From Podarcis erhardii (taxonomy: Eukaryota): 64,000 nt of DNA. The translations under genes were made by a program, and so were the position numbers. Shown piece by piece: positions 23,031 through 35,604 of the stretch (position 1 is its first letter; each line of letters opens with the position of its first letter). A model generated the notes under the pieces. It had not been told where the DNA came from, did no database searches, and worked only from the letters and a program-made list of their open reading frames with translations. Location of the stretch: assembly GCA_964252035.1 (NCBI GenBank), contig OZ176202.1; one strand, 5' to 3'.

Positions 23031-24553
23031 AGTTACAAAAAGGGTGTCCTAGATCTCATTTGCTTTGGAGGAAAAAGAAAGCTTACACAAACCCAATAAG
23101 CCTTTCCCCCCCTCTAACTCCTGAAACTAAAGCCTGCGTATGGACTTTTTCCCTTGTAAAGAAGGCATGAGTAGACCCTTTTTGCTTCCTAGGATTGTGA
23201 ACATAAGAAGCTGCCTTGTGCTGCATCAGATCCATTGGTTCATGTTGCTCAGTCTGGCTCTCCCAAGCACTCCAGGGTTGCCGCCTGGGTCTTTCGGAGC
23301 AATACTACTGGAAATCCTAAATGGGAGGGAGACTTTCAGTAAGTCAAGCATGTGTTCCACTCCAAGCTTGGACCCTCCTCAAACATCCAGACTGGTCCAT
23401 TCTTAAATAGCCTTATAATTCTGACTAGATGGACCACTGTGTTATTCTACATTGCATTAGTGCTTAAAGTTTTACAGTGGGATTAAAGTAATGGCTGAAG
23501 AAGCCTGCACTGCATTCCAATTGCATATTCTCAAGCTTACTTGTGTGCCAGGATTCAACCCCAACATGTTTTCATGGGCCTTAGTGCAGTGTATGAAAGT
23601 GCCTTCAAATGTGTTTACTCTCAGCAGTACTTTATTTACTTGCAGTATTTATGGTCCACATGCATGAAGCGTTAGGGAAAGGGCTTCCAAATCAGTAAAG
23701 TGCTCTACATAGTTTTGTTTCAAAAAAACAACATAGAAATTATTTGTACTTCATAATCTATGTGAAATATCCCATTCACTTCAGTATTAAAGTGCAATAT
23801 AGAGCAACCCAAGACATTCCTATCTGCTATCATTATTTGTTGATGGCTCAGGCAAGATATAAGCATCAGTATTTTCGGCTTTAGCAATTAATTCACAATT
23901 AATTCCAAGAGAATGGAAGTGTCTACTTATTACATCACACAGTTTTCTCTTGTGACAAGGCAGAACATGTGTTTTTTTAAGGGAGAACCACCATTTTGAC
24001 ACTTTCATCCAGCAGCCCTCAATGCAAACTGCAATCTGTTTTGTATTTAGCAGATCCTTAATTAATTTAGCCTGCATAACACATGCTGCATAAATAACTG
24101 TTGTTGTTTTTTAAAAAAAGAATACTCCCTTGTTCTGCCAAATACCCAACTTAATTAAGAGTTCTGGAGAATTCAAATACTTACTACTTTAAGATATTCT
24201 GATCGATACGGATTAAAAGCGTTTTTTAATTTAAAAGTGCTTATAAACTGCTTAATGTTTTAAAAAATCTAAGTGGTGTACAACATAACAATAAAATAAA
24301 AATAACATAAAAACAAACAAAAACAGGAATTCAAAGAAATAATTGCCCTATGGCAGCTTTTGATATTTTTCTTTTCCAGTGGACCAACATGGTTACCTCT
24401 GAGTTTTCTGAAGTAAAAATGTAATTCATAAAGTCTGTGGAGCAAATGATGACATATAAAGAGGCTTTTTTCACCTATGGCTTGTATTTTTGGAGAGGTT
24501 CCATAAACTGTAATATACATTTAGAACACACACAAAAATGTTGAAAAATAGTA

Positions 24554-24602
24554 TTTATTAGCACCCAATTTACATAAATACATAGTACAAAGGACATTTA
24601 TT
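24554..24602 (-). promoter_or_regulatory. Candidate distal STRN polyadenylation signals (two AATAAA on - strand, 24597-24602 and 24554-24559)
   Basis: TTTATT twice on the + strand inside an AU-rich, repeat-poor block that looks like a UTR end; would imply a 3' UTR of about 6.8 kb. Mammalian STRN is known to have a long 3' UTR. Confidence 0.5.
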
Positions 24603-27600
24603 TGCTGCGGTAATATTTAGTAAAGCTGCTCTGTATAGTGTTACTTCAGGAAGGTCCATTTGATTTTACTCAACATAGAATGTAGGTACTGTACACAGAA
24701 ATTCACTTTGCAACTCTTCAGTGCCACTGCCTTCATTAGTACCTCAGCATTGCCTCATTTATGTGAGGTATTAACAGAAGTTATTTTTGTATTTAATAAT
24801 GAGAACAACTTTCTCAACCTCCAGAACAAATTTACTCAAAATCTTCCACAAACTGCTTTGCTGTTCTTTACTTTTAAAGGCAGTTAAATATTAAAAGACT
24901 GAAAAACAAACAAAAACCAGGTACTATTGATGCTTTTGCAACTTATCTGGTTTTGAGAAAAATGGCGAAATATTGAAAATGGTTCTTCAAACACACATTA
25001 CTCTGCTGCTAATGATTTTTGAACTTTTGGGGATGAAATAATGGTCTCTCAGAGGAAAGCAACAACTCTAGAGTACAAAGAGTCTTTTTCTGGTGAGAAC
25101 TTCGTGCCTAAACTGTACTACCAACACTGCTTTCCCCATTAATGCTCAATCTTCCTAAAGCAATGAAAACAATGGCAACACTGATTCTCACCCCTAGATA
25201 ACATGTTGGTCAAAATTTGGAAGAATCAATATATCACATTGTAACATTAAAACTTCCACATCAATACTAAGGTATCAATCCTATATTTACTGACTTGGGA
25301 GTAAGCCCCTTTGAACGCAGTGGGGCTTATCTCATACGATTGCACTGTAGAGATTTTCCACCAAAATGACTATTCTGTATACAAGCAAAAAGGCTGATTG
25401 TATTTAACCAAAGAGTACTGTCACATGCTCATTGAGGAGCATCCCTCCATCTTTTACTACAAGAACTATTATCAGTTGATCTATGAACAATATGCAATTT
25501 ATTACCCATGATAAAGACAGGAACCATGAGGACAGGTGAGCATGACTGCTCTTAGAAAGATTGACTAGACTAAGCAACCAGCCATACTCTGTGGGTGCAA
25601 CTGACCATTCATGCATCAGAAAATGGATAGTACACACCTCACACTGGTCCTAATTTAATCCACTCCACACATGCATTCTGTAGCCTATTCATATTTCAGT
25701 TATTCCCATATACACATTTATCTTGCTGCTATTCCCAACATGATAAAAGCGTCAAATGTTATGATCCCTAGTAACCAGCTGGAACATTCCCTTGAAACAA
25801 AACACTATGCAAGTGCAGAAGGGTGGCTACTTCCATTAAGTTTCCACATCCCTTTTCAAAATTGGTTCCGATTTAAGTTCAACTGTATTTAAGCAATGGA
25901 AGCAAGGTATAGTTACCTTGTCAGGAATGAAGAACACACCTTGCACTTCCAGGCTACCATCAGCAGCCTCTACTTTAAAGATGAGAATGGGACTTTAAAA
26001 TACAAGTGTTTAAAGAACAAGCAGTAAAAATCAAAATTATTTAAATTCAAGTGTCTTTAGTATTTGGAAGAGTAGGAAAAACCACTGCAAGAGAACAAAA
26101 GCCAGTGGTGGCCTAGCAATTTTGCTAACATCTAGCATGGAGGCATGTATAAAAAGAAAACAGCCGACCAACATGCGGAAAATACAAACTAGCCTATTAA
26201 AAGAAATGGAGATGATCTCGCAATATATAAAACAAAGATTAATACAAGTTTTCAATCTAAAATACAATGTGTTGGCTCCAGAGTTGCATGGAGTAACATG
26301 CAGATCTAACCCACCTCCGCAATGAGTTTAGTCAGTAAGACAAAGTATTCTAGTATAGTTTCCTTTCCCTTCAAAAGAACTGCTATTGGTAAATCTGCCC
26401 AGCACACATTACTGTGAAATATTGTTGTCAATCTGTGTTTTCAGCTTGCAGAGTTTCAGAAAGCCAAGAACACAGTACAAGAGACCCTTTCAGTTAATTT
26501 GGGCTGCCCAGTTACAAGATGTTACAGATTTTGCCTGGTTTCAAAAGCTGTCCTGTGCTTTATATAAAATGGCACAGATGCTGTGGCACTAAAATCTGTG
26601 TTTATCATGGACATCTGACTATCGCAGGAAATATTTTGGAAGGTGTCCACCTAGAAGCCAACTTATATTAGAACACCAGTTCTAACAGGAGCAAGAAAAA
26701 TGGTTCAGTCTGAAACCTCCAATTATTCCTTATATAATTTGGTTGGTTTTCATTAAGTTATCCATGTAAGCAATGGTGTGTTTTACTTGGCAAAAAGCTG
26801 TGTAACTTTTCTTGAGTACAGGGACAAATATGCCGCAGAACTCACATCAAATTAGGATCTCCCCATTCAAACTGAGTGCAAAGAAGTTAGAATTCTCAGA
26901 CCTCGTCCACTCAGAACCTAAAGGCAATTCTGAAACACTTAAGTTCTATGTCAACTTCAGTGTGTATCCAATACATGAACAGCAGAAAGCGTATCTTCTG
27001 ATCAACTGCAGTGTGAATTTATCAATCTATGCATGAAAAGCTTATTGGGGGAAATTGAACTTTTAAAATATTCTGGCATTCACTATGCTGCAGAAGATTC
27101 TGATTTTTAAAACTGCTCCCCCCACCCCCAAGACTACTGAATCAGCCAACATTTTCATAACTGCTTAGGCCAAATGTATTGCTCTGTCTTCCTTTGGACC
27201 ATATCAGCAACGCCGAGGGGGGTCTTGTTGTCTGGGCAGCCCAGGCCTGTGCCCTAGGGAGGTCACTTCAGTGCTGCTATCACAGTGGTTTGACTTCACC
27301 CCTGGAGGTGCACTCCACTGAATATACTCTATGTCAGGGACAGGGAAACTTTTGCAGCTCTTCCGAGCAATACGCCAGTGGTGTGCAGGGCCAGAAATAA
27401 AAGTGGAAGGAGCAACAAAGGTAAATTTTACCTCACCTGCATCCAGAAAAGAAAGAGGCATTATCAGAGTTCAAGCACATATTCCTGCTAGGCAAAGCAG
27501 GAAGAGCGAGAGCTGAGGAGAGTTCCCAAGGCCAGGGAACGAGGATTGTAGGGGCTGCTTGGGCTCCCAGGTCTGAGATAACTCTGTTCTAAGCTCACAA

Positions 27601-30600
27601 ATTCATTGCGATGTAGATTCTAAGTAAGGGTTCAAAAAGGGGGCTTAGACTCTAAAAGTAAACCACGTAAGATTTGTCTTAATATGGCAACTATGAAGTT
27701 AAGCTCTTAAGTTAAGCTGTTCAATCTTCAATACATTTGACTTCAAAGTCGTTTGGTTAAAGATCTTAAGGTCAATCAAAGCACAAGAGCAGCATCTGGT
27801 ACAACCTTTCTGGACCCTTTACACTTCATCTGATGCTGCCTTATACAGAGTCTGCTGATAATAACTGGTAGCAGCTCTCTGGTGACTTTCCCAGTCCCGA
27901 TTCCTCAAATTATTGAACCTGGGGCTTTATGACAGAGATATGTACCTATTCAGAATGTCAGTGAGGGAAGCTCTGCACACCAAGAACCCTCCCTGTGGAA
28001 AATCTAGGTCTCAAGAAGAGTTGTAGCCCAGCCTTATTCTTGAATATTTCTACTTGCAGGGTTTCTTGACGTGGGGTAACACTGAAATATTCAATTTCCT
28101 ATCTGCATGCTGAAAAGATACATAACCAGAAGGGCTATACCACATACCTTTTCTGTCTGTGTGTAGTGCTTATGTTTTTAAACTTCAGCATTTTCCTACA
28201 TTTTTCACTGTATCTAAATCAGGGGTGGACAACTACTGGCCTTCCAGATGTTGTTGAACTCCTGCCTCCCAACAATTCCAGCCACTATAGCCAATGGTCA
28301 AGGATGATGGGAGTTGTAGTCCACCAACCTTTGGAGGGTTACATTAACCATACACTTGCACACACATGTAAGACTCTGACAAAAATCAACTATGCACAGT
28401 TGTTATGAGAATGTGCTGCAATGGGTGGGCCTTGGGATGAAGCACGGATTCCTTCCCACCCACCCACATATGCGTGGGAACTTTTTAAGCATCCATTTGT
28501 GGTTTATAACAAACTGTCTCATCCAACTATGGCTCTGATCCCGGCTTGCAAAGCATCCATGTTTTGAACAAACCAGTGTTTCTCATATCCAGGAAAAAAA
28601 ATGGAAAATTGTGCTTTGTCAAGACTCTAATTTCCTCCCCTTGTTTACAAAGGAAGGAGGAAAGGGAGGGAAAGTTACGCTATGGTGTGTTCTTGTAACG
28701 AATCAGAGAAGGTACCTGTGCATTGTTGGTTCACAAGTTTCTTCTAGAATTAAGCTCATGCATGCAGGTTCCCCGCTCAACGATTACAGCATCAGATAAC
28801 GGGCATATGTACAACAGTTCCTCACAGATCAAACCCACAGGCAGAACTTTGATATCGCTGGACATGATCTTAACATTCGAATGAAGGCGGCTCACCTGGC
28901 CAGCTGCAACAGGGTCATGTAAAGGCAATAGGGGAAAGGAAAGAATGTGGTCTGGAGGTTAACCAAATGCTTATAAATCCACAATGGTAGTGCAACCCAA
29001 TACTTGCAGGTAAACAGAATAGGTCAGTTAAGGTTAGAAAGGGTCTTTTTCATCTCTAACTGAAGATAGCATCTTGAAGAAGTTATAATATTTGTGCACA
29101 GTACAATGCAGTCTATAGTACACAAGCAGAGAAGACTGACAGACACTAACAGAGTCTAGAGAAGAACACAAATACAGAGTCCACAACCTCGTGGTAAGGC
29201 TACATTTTTTGTTTGTCAAAAGGCACCTCAGCCTCTAGCTATTTGCCTGTTTTTAAAGTCGCTTCACTTGGATCAGGAGCCCACTAAGCAGGACTGAACA
29301 ACTTCCAATCCACATTTGAAAAGCAACTTTTTTCTTACATTCATAATTTAATCAAAATGGGAGTCTCCAAAATAAGCATGCTGGTCTATTAGTTGTATGT
29401 ACAGCAATTTAAACATCAGCAACTATGTATTATATTGCTTAAGCAAAAAGCACAATAACTATACCTTTTATCCTTTGTACGCAACAAAGTCTGGAGAATT
29501 TTTAATACTAAAACATTAAAATTACCGATAGAATCTTCCCTTAAGACACATTTAATACATACTGTTTACAATTTCTCTTTCTATATATATATCTATATAT
29601 ATATATGTACACACACAATATACACAACTTTATGTATTTGTTTTTCTAAATAAATCTTTGCAATATCCTTTTAAAAATAAGATCACAGAGAGAAGGGATA
29701 CATACACAGAAGTCACATATAGATAAGTATATTTGATGCAGTTGGTCTTTCTGCTTTGACTCAAAATTGGGGTTTAACGAATGCTGAACATTTTGACATC
29801 TATAGGTAATTTTTTTGATTCCATTAAAGGGAAACATGTTGCACATCAGAATCTGCAAGAGTGGAAACTTCTACAAATAGGTATGCCACATATTTTTAGT
29901 ACCAAATGCAGAAAACATGTTCAAACCTAAGGCTGGTAATGCAATGACAGAGAATAAATGGTTTCTTTTCTGGATTGTGTGGTAGTTATTCCAAAAAAAA
30001 TGAAGGCATATTTTTATGAATTTCAAATTCTTCCAAAAACCAATTCCAACCCATTGTGTCAGCTGGGGCAGTTGGGAATTGTAGTTCAAATATCTGGAGG
30101 GCACCAAATTGGTGAAGGCTGCTCTACACACCCACACCCCATGAAAACAGCTTCCTGCTGCTGTGGAGTTTGTAAATTTGGCACCACGTTGGCCAACTCT
30201 ACACCCTTTTCCTGCCAATCACCACCCTATTACAAGGGTGAGTACCAAGCAGAAAATCTCCTCCACATAGGCCCCACCCACATGGTTGATTAAATAACTC
30301 TCTCACTAGATATATACACACACTATTCTTAGCAGCCAAAGACTGAATCACAGAGAGGTCACTTCTATGCATGAGTGTGTGAGTAAGATTTGGAGAGGGG
30401 AGGGGTATCCAAGCAGGTTTATTCAAGATAATGAAAATTATTAGGATGCCAATAACATGCATTTCAACAGTAAGGCCTGTTAAAGCCTACACAGATATAA
30501 TTTCTTGTTTACTGAAAAGGGAAGAGTTTCATAATTTTACTGAGCTCAGCTATGAATAGAAGAGTCATCAACATCTGAATTAAGCCTCATCCCTGTTGTA

Positions 30601-31320
30601 AACTGTGGTGCCAGTCACTTGTTAACAAATTCTTTCAAAGGCTTAAAATAAAACATACATTTTTAAAGCATTTGTTAATATCTGCTTTAATACAATTTAG
30701 GGAAACTGCATTCATATTTGATGTTTAAACCCAATCCACCTAATGTAACAGCCAGCAGGCTGAGACAAAATCAAGCCTTATTCTCCTGTACATCATTCAA
30801 CCGTACAATACGTAAAAAAAAAGAGGAGAAGTAATAATATTTATATTGCATTTCTAAATGTTACATCACCAAATTCAGGCTTATTTTACAGAAATATATG
30901 GGTAATATTCTCGAGGGGAAAAACAGGCAGAAAAGTTTCTATCTACCCACATCCTACAGAAATTGGATTTTCTGCTTCCTTATTGCCCACACTGGACATA
31001 TTGTTAACAGAGGATCTCATTTTGCCCAAGGCCGGCCTGGACAAATACTGACACCTTCAAAAATAAAAACGGTTCTTCTGTATGGACCATTTGAAACAGA
31101 GGGTTTCCCAGCTCTCAGCACTAGCTGAGCTCATATAACCCAAGGAACCCCCTAATTTAGAAAAGAGCACCCTGAAAGAAAAGAAAGAAATATAACCCTA
31201 GACCATTTGCTAACATTCACTGAATTAAAGGGCACGAAGAGGAGGCTCTTGCCCTTGTCATTTGTACAGCTTGTTGTATATATATACACACGGCAGCTAG
31301 ACAGGGAGAGAAATATTGCG

Positions 31321-31490
31321 TCATACAAAGACTTTAGCAAGCGCATCTGCTCCGGCACTGGCGATATAACATTTCGAGGGATGGAATGCTACATCATGAA
31401 TGGATTCGTCGTGTTTCTTGCGATGAGCCGTAAACTCCTGAATGCAGGTCTTGCTTTCAAGGTTCCATAAGCGTATTGAACAGTCGTGGC
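31321..31490 (-). CDS. STRN: STRN exon 18 coding part (SHDCSIRLWNLESKTCIQEFTAHRKKHDESIHDVAFHPSKCYIASAGADALAKVFV*)
   Basis: aacctAG acceptor; 170 nt to TGA; canonical striatin C-terminus. Confidence 0.98.
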
Positions 31491-31579
31491 CTAGGTTAGA
31501 CAAAGAAGAGGAAAAACATTTAGATTTGCAGTTACGTTTAATTAAGAGTAGATTAAGAGTGGATGTGGGATGTACTTAC

Positions 31580-31666
31580 TGCCGGACATCAAGTACAAGC
31601 CATTAGGATCAACAGCGAGACTTGTGACTGCATCCAAGTGGGCCACCATGGAATGGATCAATTTTC
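31580..31666 (-). CDS. STRN: STRN exon 17, WD40 (GKLIHSMVAHLDAVTSLAVDPNGLYLMSG)
   Basis: tttcaaAG acceptor and CA|GTAAGT donor; 87 nt. Confidence 0.97.
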
Positions 31667-33296
31667 CTTTGAAATTAAAGATTTATTTTTTTAAAAAAAG
31701 AACAACTTGTCATCAGTTAATGCAATACAGAGCTTTAACAGAACTTATGGGAAATGATACTGCTATCAAGCATACTAGCAACTATTCTCACTGAAACAGA
31801 GGATCTTTATATATGAGCATAGCCCCCTTCCCTTTGGAAAGTGATTGTCTGACTGTGTCTCTGTGCTGGTCATTTTCACTTTGCCAGTTATTTCCTAGAG
31901 CTCTGCTTCCCAAACTTGGTACCTGGTTCAGGTCCCTTCCCGCAGTTAAAAAAAGTGAAAGTAGCATTCACTTTCACACTAAAAAAAACATACCAAAGGG
32001 CTCTATCCAACACTGCAGCTCCACTTGCACAATATTTTTGTGCATGCATGTGTTCCTCTCTTGTCCCTTCCAGCCCCCTGCACACCCCCAGAATCAGCTC
32101 TGGGGGCCTGGAGCAGATTTTAGGGGCAAGAGTGGAAATGAGTTGAACTCTGCTCCTGCACCATTAGGTACAACCTAGACAGGTTTTTACTCATTAGCTC
32201 CCACGGAAATAAGCAGGCATCTTCCTTACAGCTGCCACACAGATTGTTGCTGCTCTGCATCCCACTTCCCTACTTTGCCCAGTCAATCAGGGGTGGAACA
32301 GGTTGTTTCAGGGTAATGGTTCTACTTCTGGGAGCTCCCTGTACAGGCGACATCCCAGCACACCCTTGTTCACTCTTTTGTGATGTCACTGCCCATATAG
32401 TAATGGGGGTGGGAGAATTAACAATGCAGGGGGTCACACCACTCTGATGGAGAAAAGGTAGAATGCATCCATCACAGTGCGTGAGTTTTTACAAGGCACA
32501 CTTCAGCATTTTTCACAGCAGAGTGGTGTGTCCTGGCACATATCTTTGAAATCCCTATCCTGAATAGTGTTACTATCAATTGAAGTAAACTGCAGAAGGG
32601 TGGATTCTCACATAATCAGATACAAAATGGATAACGACCGCCCATCATTTGTGCTCAATACTTGCAAATAAATCCTTCAACATTCCCCTTTAAAATGGAA
32701 GCAATGACCCAATCCTGCCTTAGTTGCCATATCCATATATTATGCAGACATGCAGAGGTAAAGCAGAGATTTCTACAAGTGCTTTGATACAGTATGTTAA
32801 TCATTCATACGTACCCCCACTTTTTTGTTGTTCCAAGTGCAAAGCAAAACCTACCCTGAGCTCAGTTTGCTACATCAAAGAAAAGGTAGCTCAGTTCACG
32901 GAAAACAGAGTCTGAACTCCTAGGCAGCTTAGATATGAGCTTTTGAAAGCAAACCTTGCAAGTCACAAGGCTGAAGTTATCTAGTGGCTCAGGTTTAACG
33001 AAGTTGCTTGTATTAACTCTGCCTACTGATCCTTTGCCAAACCAAACAGGAAACACCTGGACCAAAATTTATAGAATTAAATAACAGAGTTCATTAACAC
33101 GGTGCCTAGCTTTGGAATATGATGCATTGTGTGTGTTTTTGTTTTAAGCACATAATTAAGATACCAATCGAAATGACTGCAAGTTTTCTAACAGTTATGA
33201 TTTACATATTTTCCTTCACTATGGGTGAACATGGAGAACATGGAGCTTTAAGAACAAGGGTAAAGAGTCTAAGTGCTCCTCTTTCAGATATTTAGA

Positions 33297-33677
33297 AGGG
33301 GTAAAGGTAAAGGTAAAGGTAAAGGTAAAGGTACCCCTGCCCGTACGGGCCAGTCTTGACAGACTCTAGGGTTGTGCGCTCATCTCACTCTATAGGCCGG
33401 GAGCCAGCGCTGTCCGGAGATACTTCTGGGTCACGTGGCCAGCGTGACAAGCTGTATCTGGCGAGCCAGCGCAGCACACGGAACGCCGTTTACCTTCCCG
33501 CTGGTAAGTGGTCCCTATTTATCTACTTGCACCCGGGGGTGCTTTCGAACTGCTAGGTTGGCAGGCGCTGGGACCGAGCGATGGGAGCGCACCCCGCCGC
33601 GGGGATTCGAACCGCTGACCATGCGATCGGCAAGTCCTAGGCGCTGAGGCTTTTACCCACAGCGCCACCCGCGTCCC
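33297..33677 (-). mobile_element. Near full-length Sauria SINE with (ACCTTT)n tail
   Basis: 5' GGGACGCGGGTGGCGCTGTGGG (box A region), GGTTCGAATCCC (box B), BovB-like 3' end, (GTAAAG)n on the + strand, perfect 8-bp TSD TATTTAGA (33289-33296 and 33678-33685). Confidence 0.93.
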
Positions 33678-33909
33678 TATTTAGACACACACACAAAGAC
33701 AAACACACACAAGCATCTGTAAGCTTGGGCAGCAATTCCATCTTGTGCAGTGTGGAAATTAGGGATGCATAAATTTCCCTCCATGATCCTGTGGATCATC
33801 CACTTTTCTGTAGCAAAGACAAACATCGGGATTGGCTGGGAAGGATGTTAAAGCTGTAACTCAAATGCTGAGCCACACCAATTCCTTCTGCACAGCCAAT
33901 AAGCCTTTA

Positions 33910-34142
33910 CAGTGGTACCTTGGTTTGCAACCGCTTTGGATTACAACCATGTCAAACCCGGAACCATGTGTCCCTTTTTTTAGATTACAACCCATTTTTT
34001 TATTACAACCCTTTTTTTTTATAACAACCATTTTTTGGGGGGGGGAGGCCCCATCGGCGAAAGCGCGCCTTGGATTACAACCTGTTTTGGTTTACAACTG
34101 GACCTCCGGAACCAATTATGGTTGTAAACCAAGGTACCACTG
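33910..34142. mobile_element. Tc1/mariner (Tigger/pogo-like) MITE
   Basis: TIRs CAGTGGTACCTTGGTTT.../...AAACCAAGGTACCACTG flanked by TA on both sides; internal ttacaacc repeats. Confidence 0.88.
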
Positions 34143-34284
34143 TATTCCTATCATCTGTTTTACAAGTCATAGAACTGTCAAACCTCAATTTCAAAATTTC
34201 TCTCTAAATGGGTAGGACTTCAGACAATTTCATGATATTTTTGTTTTTTATTTTAGGACCTACTGAGGGAAGAATTGGGCTTAC

Positions 34285-34392
34285 CTGTGTTATTGTCATA
34301 GAATTTGATGTGTCTATCCTCATGGGCTGTGATACTAATTGGAAGAGTTGGATGGCTGATTACTTTGTTTATTTGGCAAGAAGAGGTGACTG
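34285..34392 (-). CDS. STRN: STRN exon 16, WD40 (TVTSSCQINKVISHPTLPISITAHEDRHIKFYDNNT)
   Basis: ttcctttAG acceptor (TAGCAG tandem) and CAG|GTAAGC donor; 108 nt. Confidence 0.97.
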
Positions 34393-34453
34393 CTAAAGGA
34401 ATGAACAAGTGCAAACACAGTCAACACAGAAAAATTATTTCATTCACATAAGC

Positions 34454-34942
34454 CAGTAGTTTTTAACCAGTGTGCTGTGGCACCCTGGGGTGCCTTGACT
34501 GATCAGGAGTGCTGCAGGCAACACTGGCCTCTGTCCTTCTTTCCTTCTCTCCCTTCCTCTAATGGCCTCTTGCATCTCTGCCTCCCAAAGGTTTGCACAG
34601 CTGTTTGTTGCAAGCTCCCCAGGTGCCCGTGGGGCTGGCCAGGGGGTGCTTCCCAGGCCCCTGTGAGGCAGTGTGAGGAGGCACCTCTCTTTGGGCCGGG
34701 GTGGCAGCTCAGAGACCAGGAGTGGCAGCTGCAGCTGCCCAGAGAACAGCCCCAAGGAGAAGGGAGCAGAGAGGAGGCTGAGGGGACACGCCACAAGGGA
34801 GGGTGTTCGAAAAAGGGTGAGGGGCTGCTGGCTCTGCAGGCAAGGGGTGACATAACTGGGCTCCTGAGCTCCACAGGGGTGCTGCAAAAAAGCATGTGGT
34901 TGGTGAAGGAAACTGTGGACCCAAAAAGGTTGAAAACCTCTG
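34454..34942. mobile_element. hAT non-autonomous element, 489 bp, GC-rich
   Basis: Ends CAGTAGTTTTTAACC...GGTTGAAAACCTCTG; 8-bp TSD ACATAAGC/AAATAAGC. Confidence 0.8.
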
Positions 34943-35463
34943 AAATAAGCTATTGGAAAGACTAACGACCTGATTTAGCAGGACAATCTGGTGCAAAAAT
35001 CCCAACATGTTCAGTCCACTCAATCTACTTGTACCTTACTATGCTCATTCAATATATTGTCAACCTGCTTCTCAAACTAACCTGCGTATAATTCAGGAAC
35101 ACCATACAGTTGCATAGGGGATGGTGAAAACCTAATATTTAAGGAAGCCCAAAATACCTATGGATCATATAAGGAAGCATGGCAAGTGGGTGATGAGGGT
35201 CAGGGAGAATAAGAGAGCTAATCTGCTATTTCCTCATATTTGTTCTTTCAGAATTGTTTGTATTAGAGTACATTTATGGCTAGATTTATCAGTCCCATGT
35301 GGACTGACGCCAGCAGTCCATCAAAGACGATTAGGTGCAAACATCGGTATCCTAAATGGAAGTACACTTCATTTAATTCCCTTCTATGCATCATGGTCTC
35401 AGACTTTATCAATATAAACATGAACAATGAAAACACATGGAAATAACCCCTTTGGATACATAC

Positions 35464-35604
35464 TAGTATCTGCGTTGGACTCCAAGTTAAGGATGCGTTG
35501 TCTTGTTTCCATGTTATATATGCTTGTGTGGCCACTATTAAAGGATGCTACCATGTGGCTTGGGTCACTGCTCACAATGTCCACAGAAGATGGAATCCCC
35601 ATCT
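35464..35604 (-). CDS. STRN: STRN exon 15 (EMGIPSSVDIVSSDPSHMVASFNSGHTSIYNMETRQRILNLESNADT)
   Basis: cttttgtAG acceptor and TA|GTATGT donor; 141 nt. Confidence 0.97.

Noticed and set aside
34444-35023. Overlapping 104-162 aa ORFs on both strands
   Set aside because: Arise from a GC-rich non-autonomous hAT element with few stop codons; no transposase motifs.
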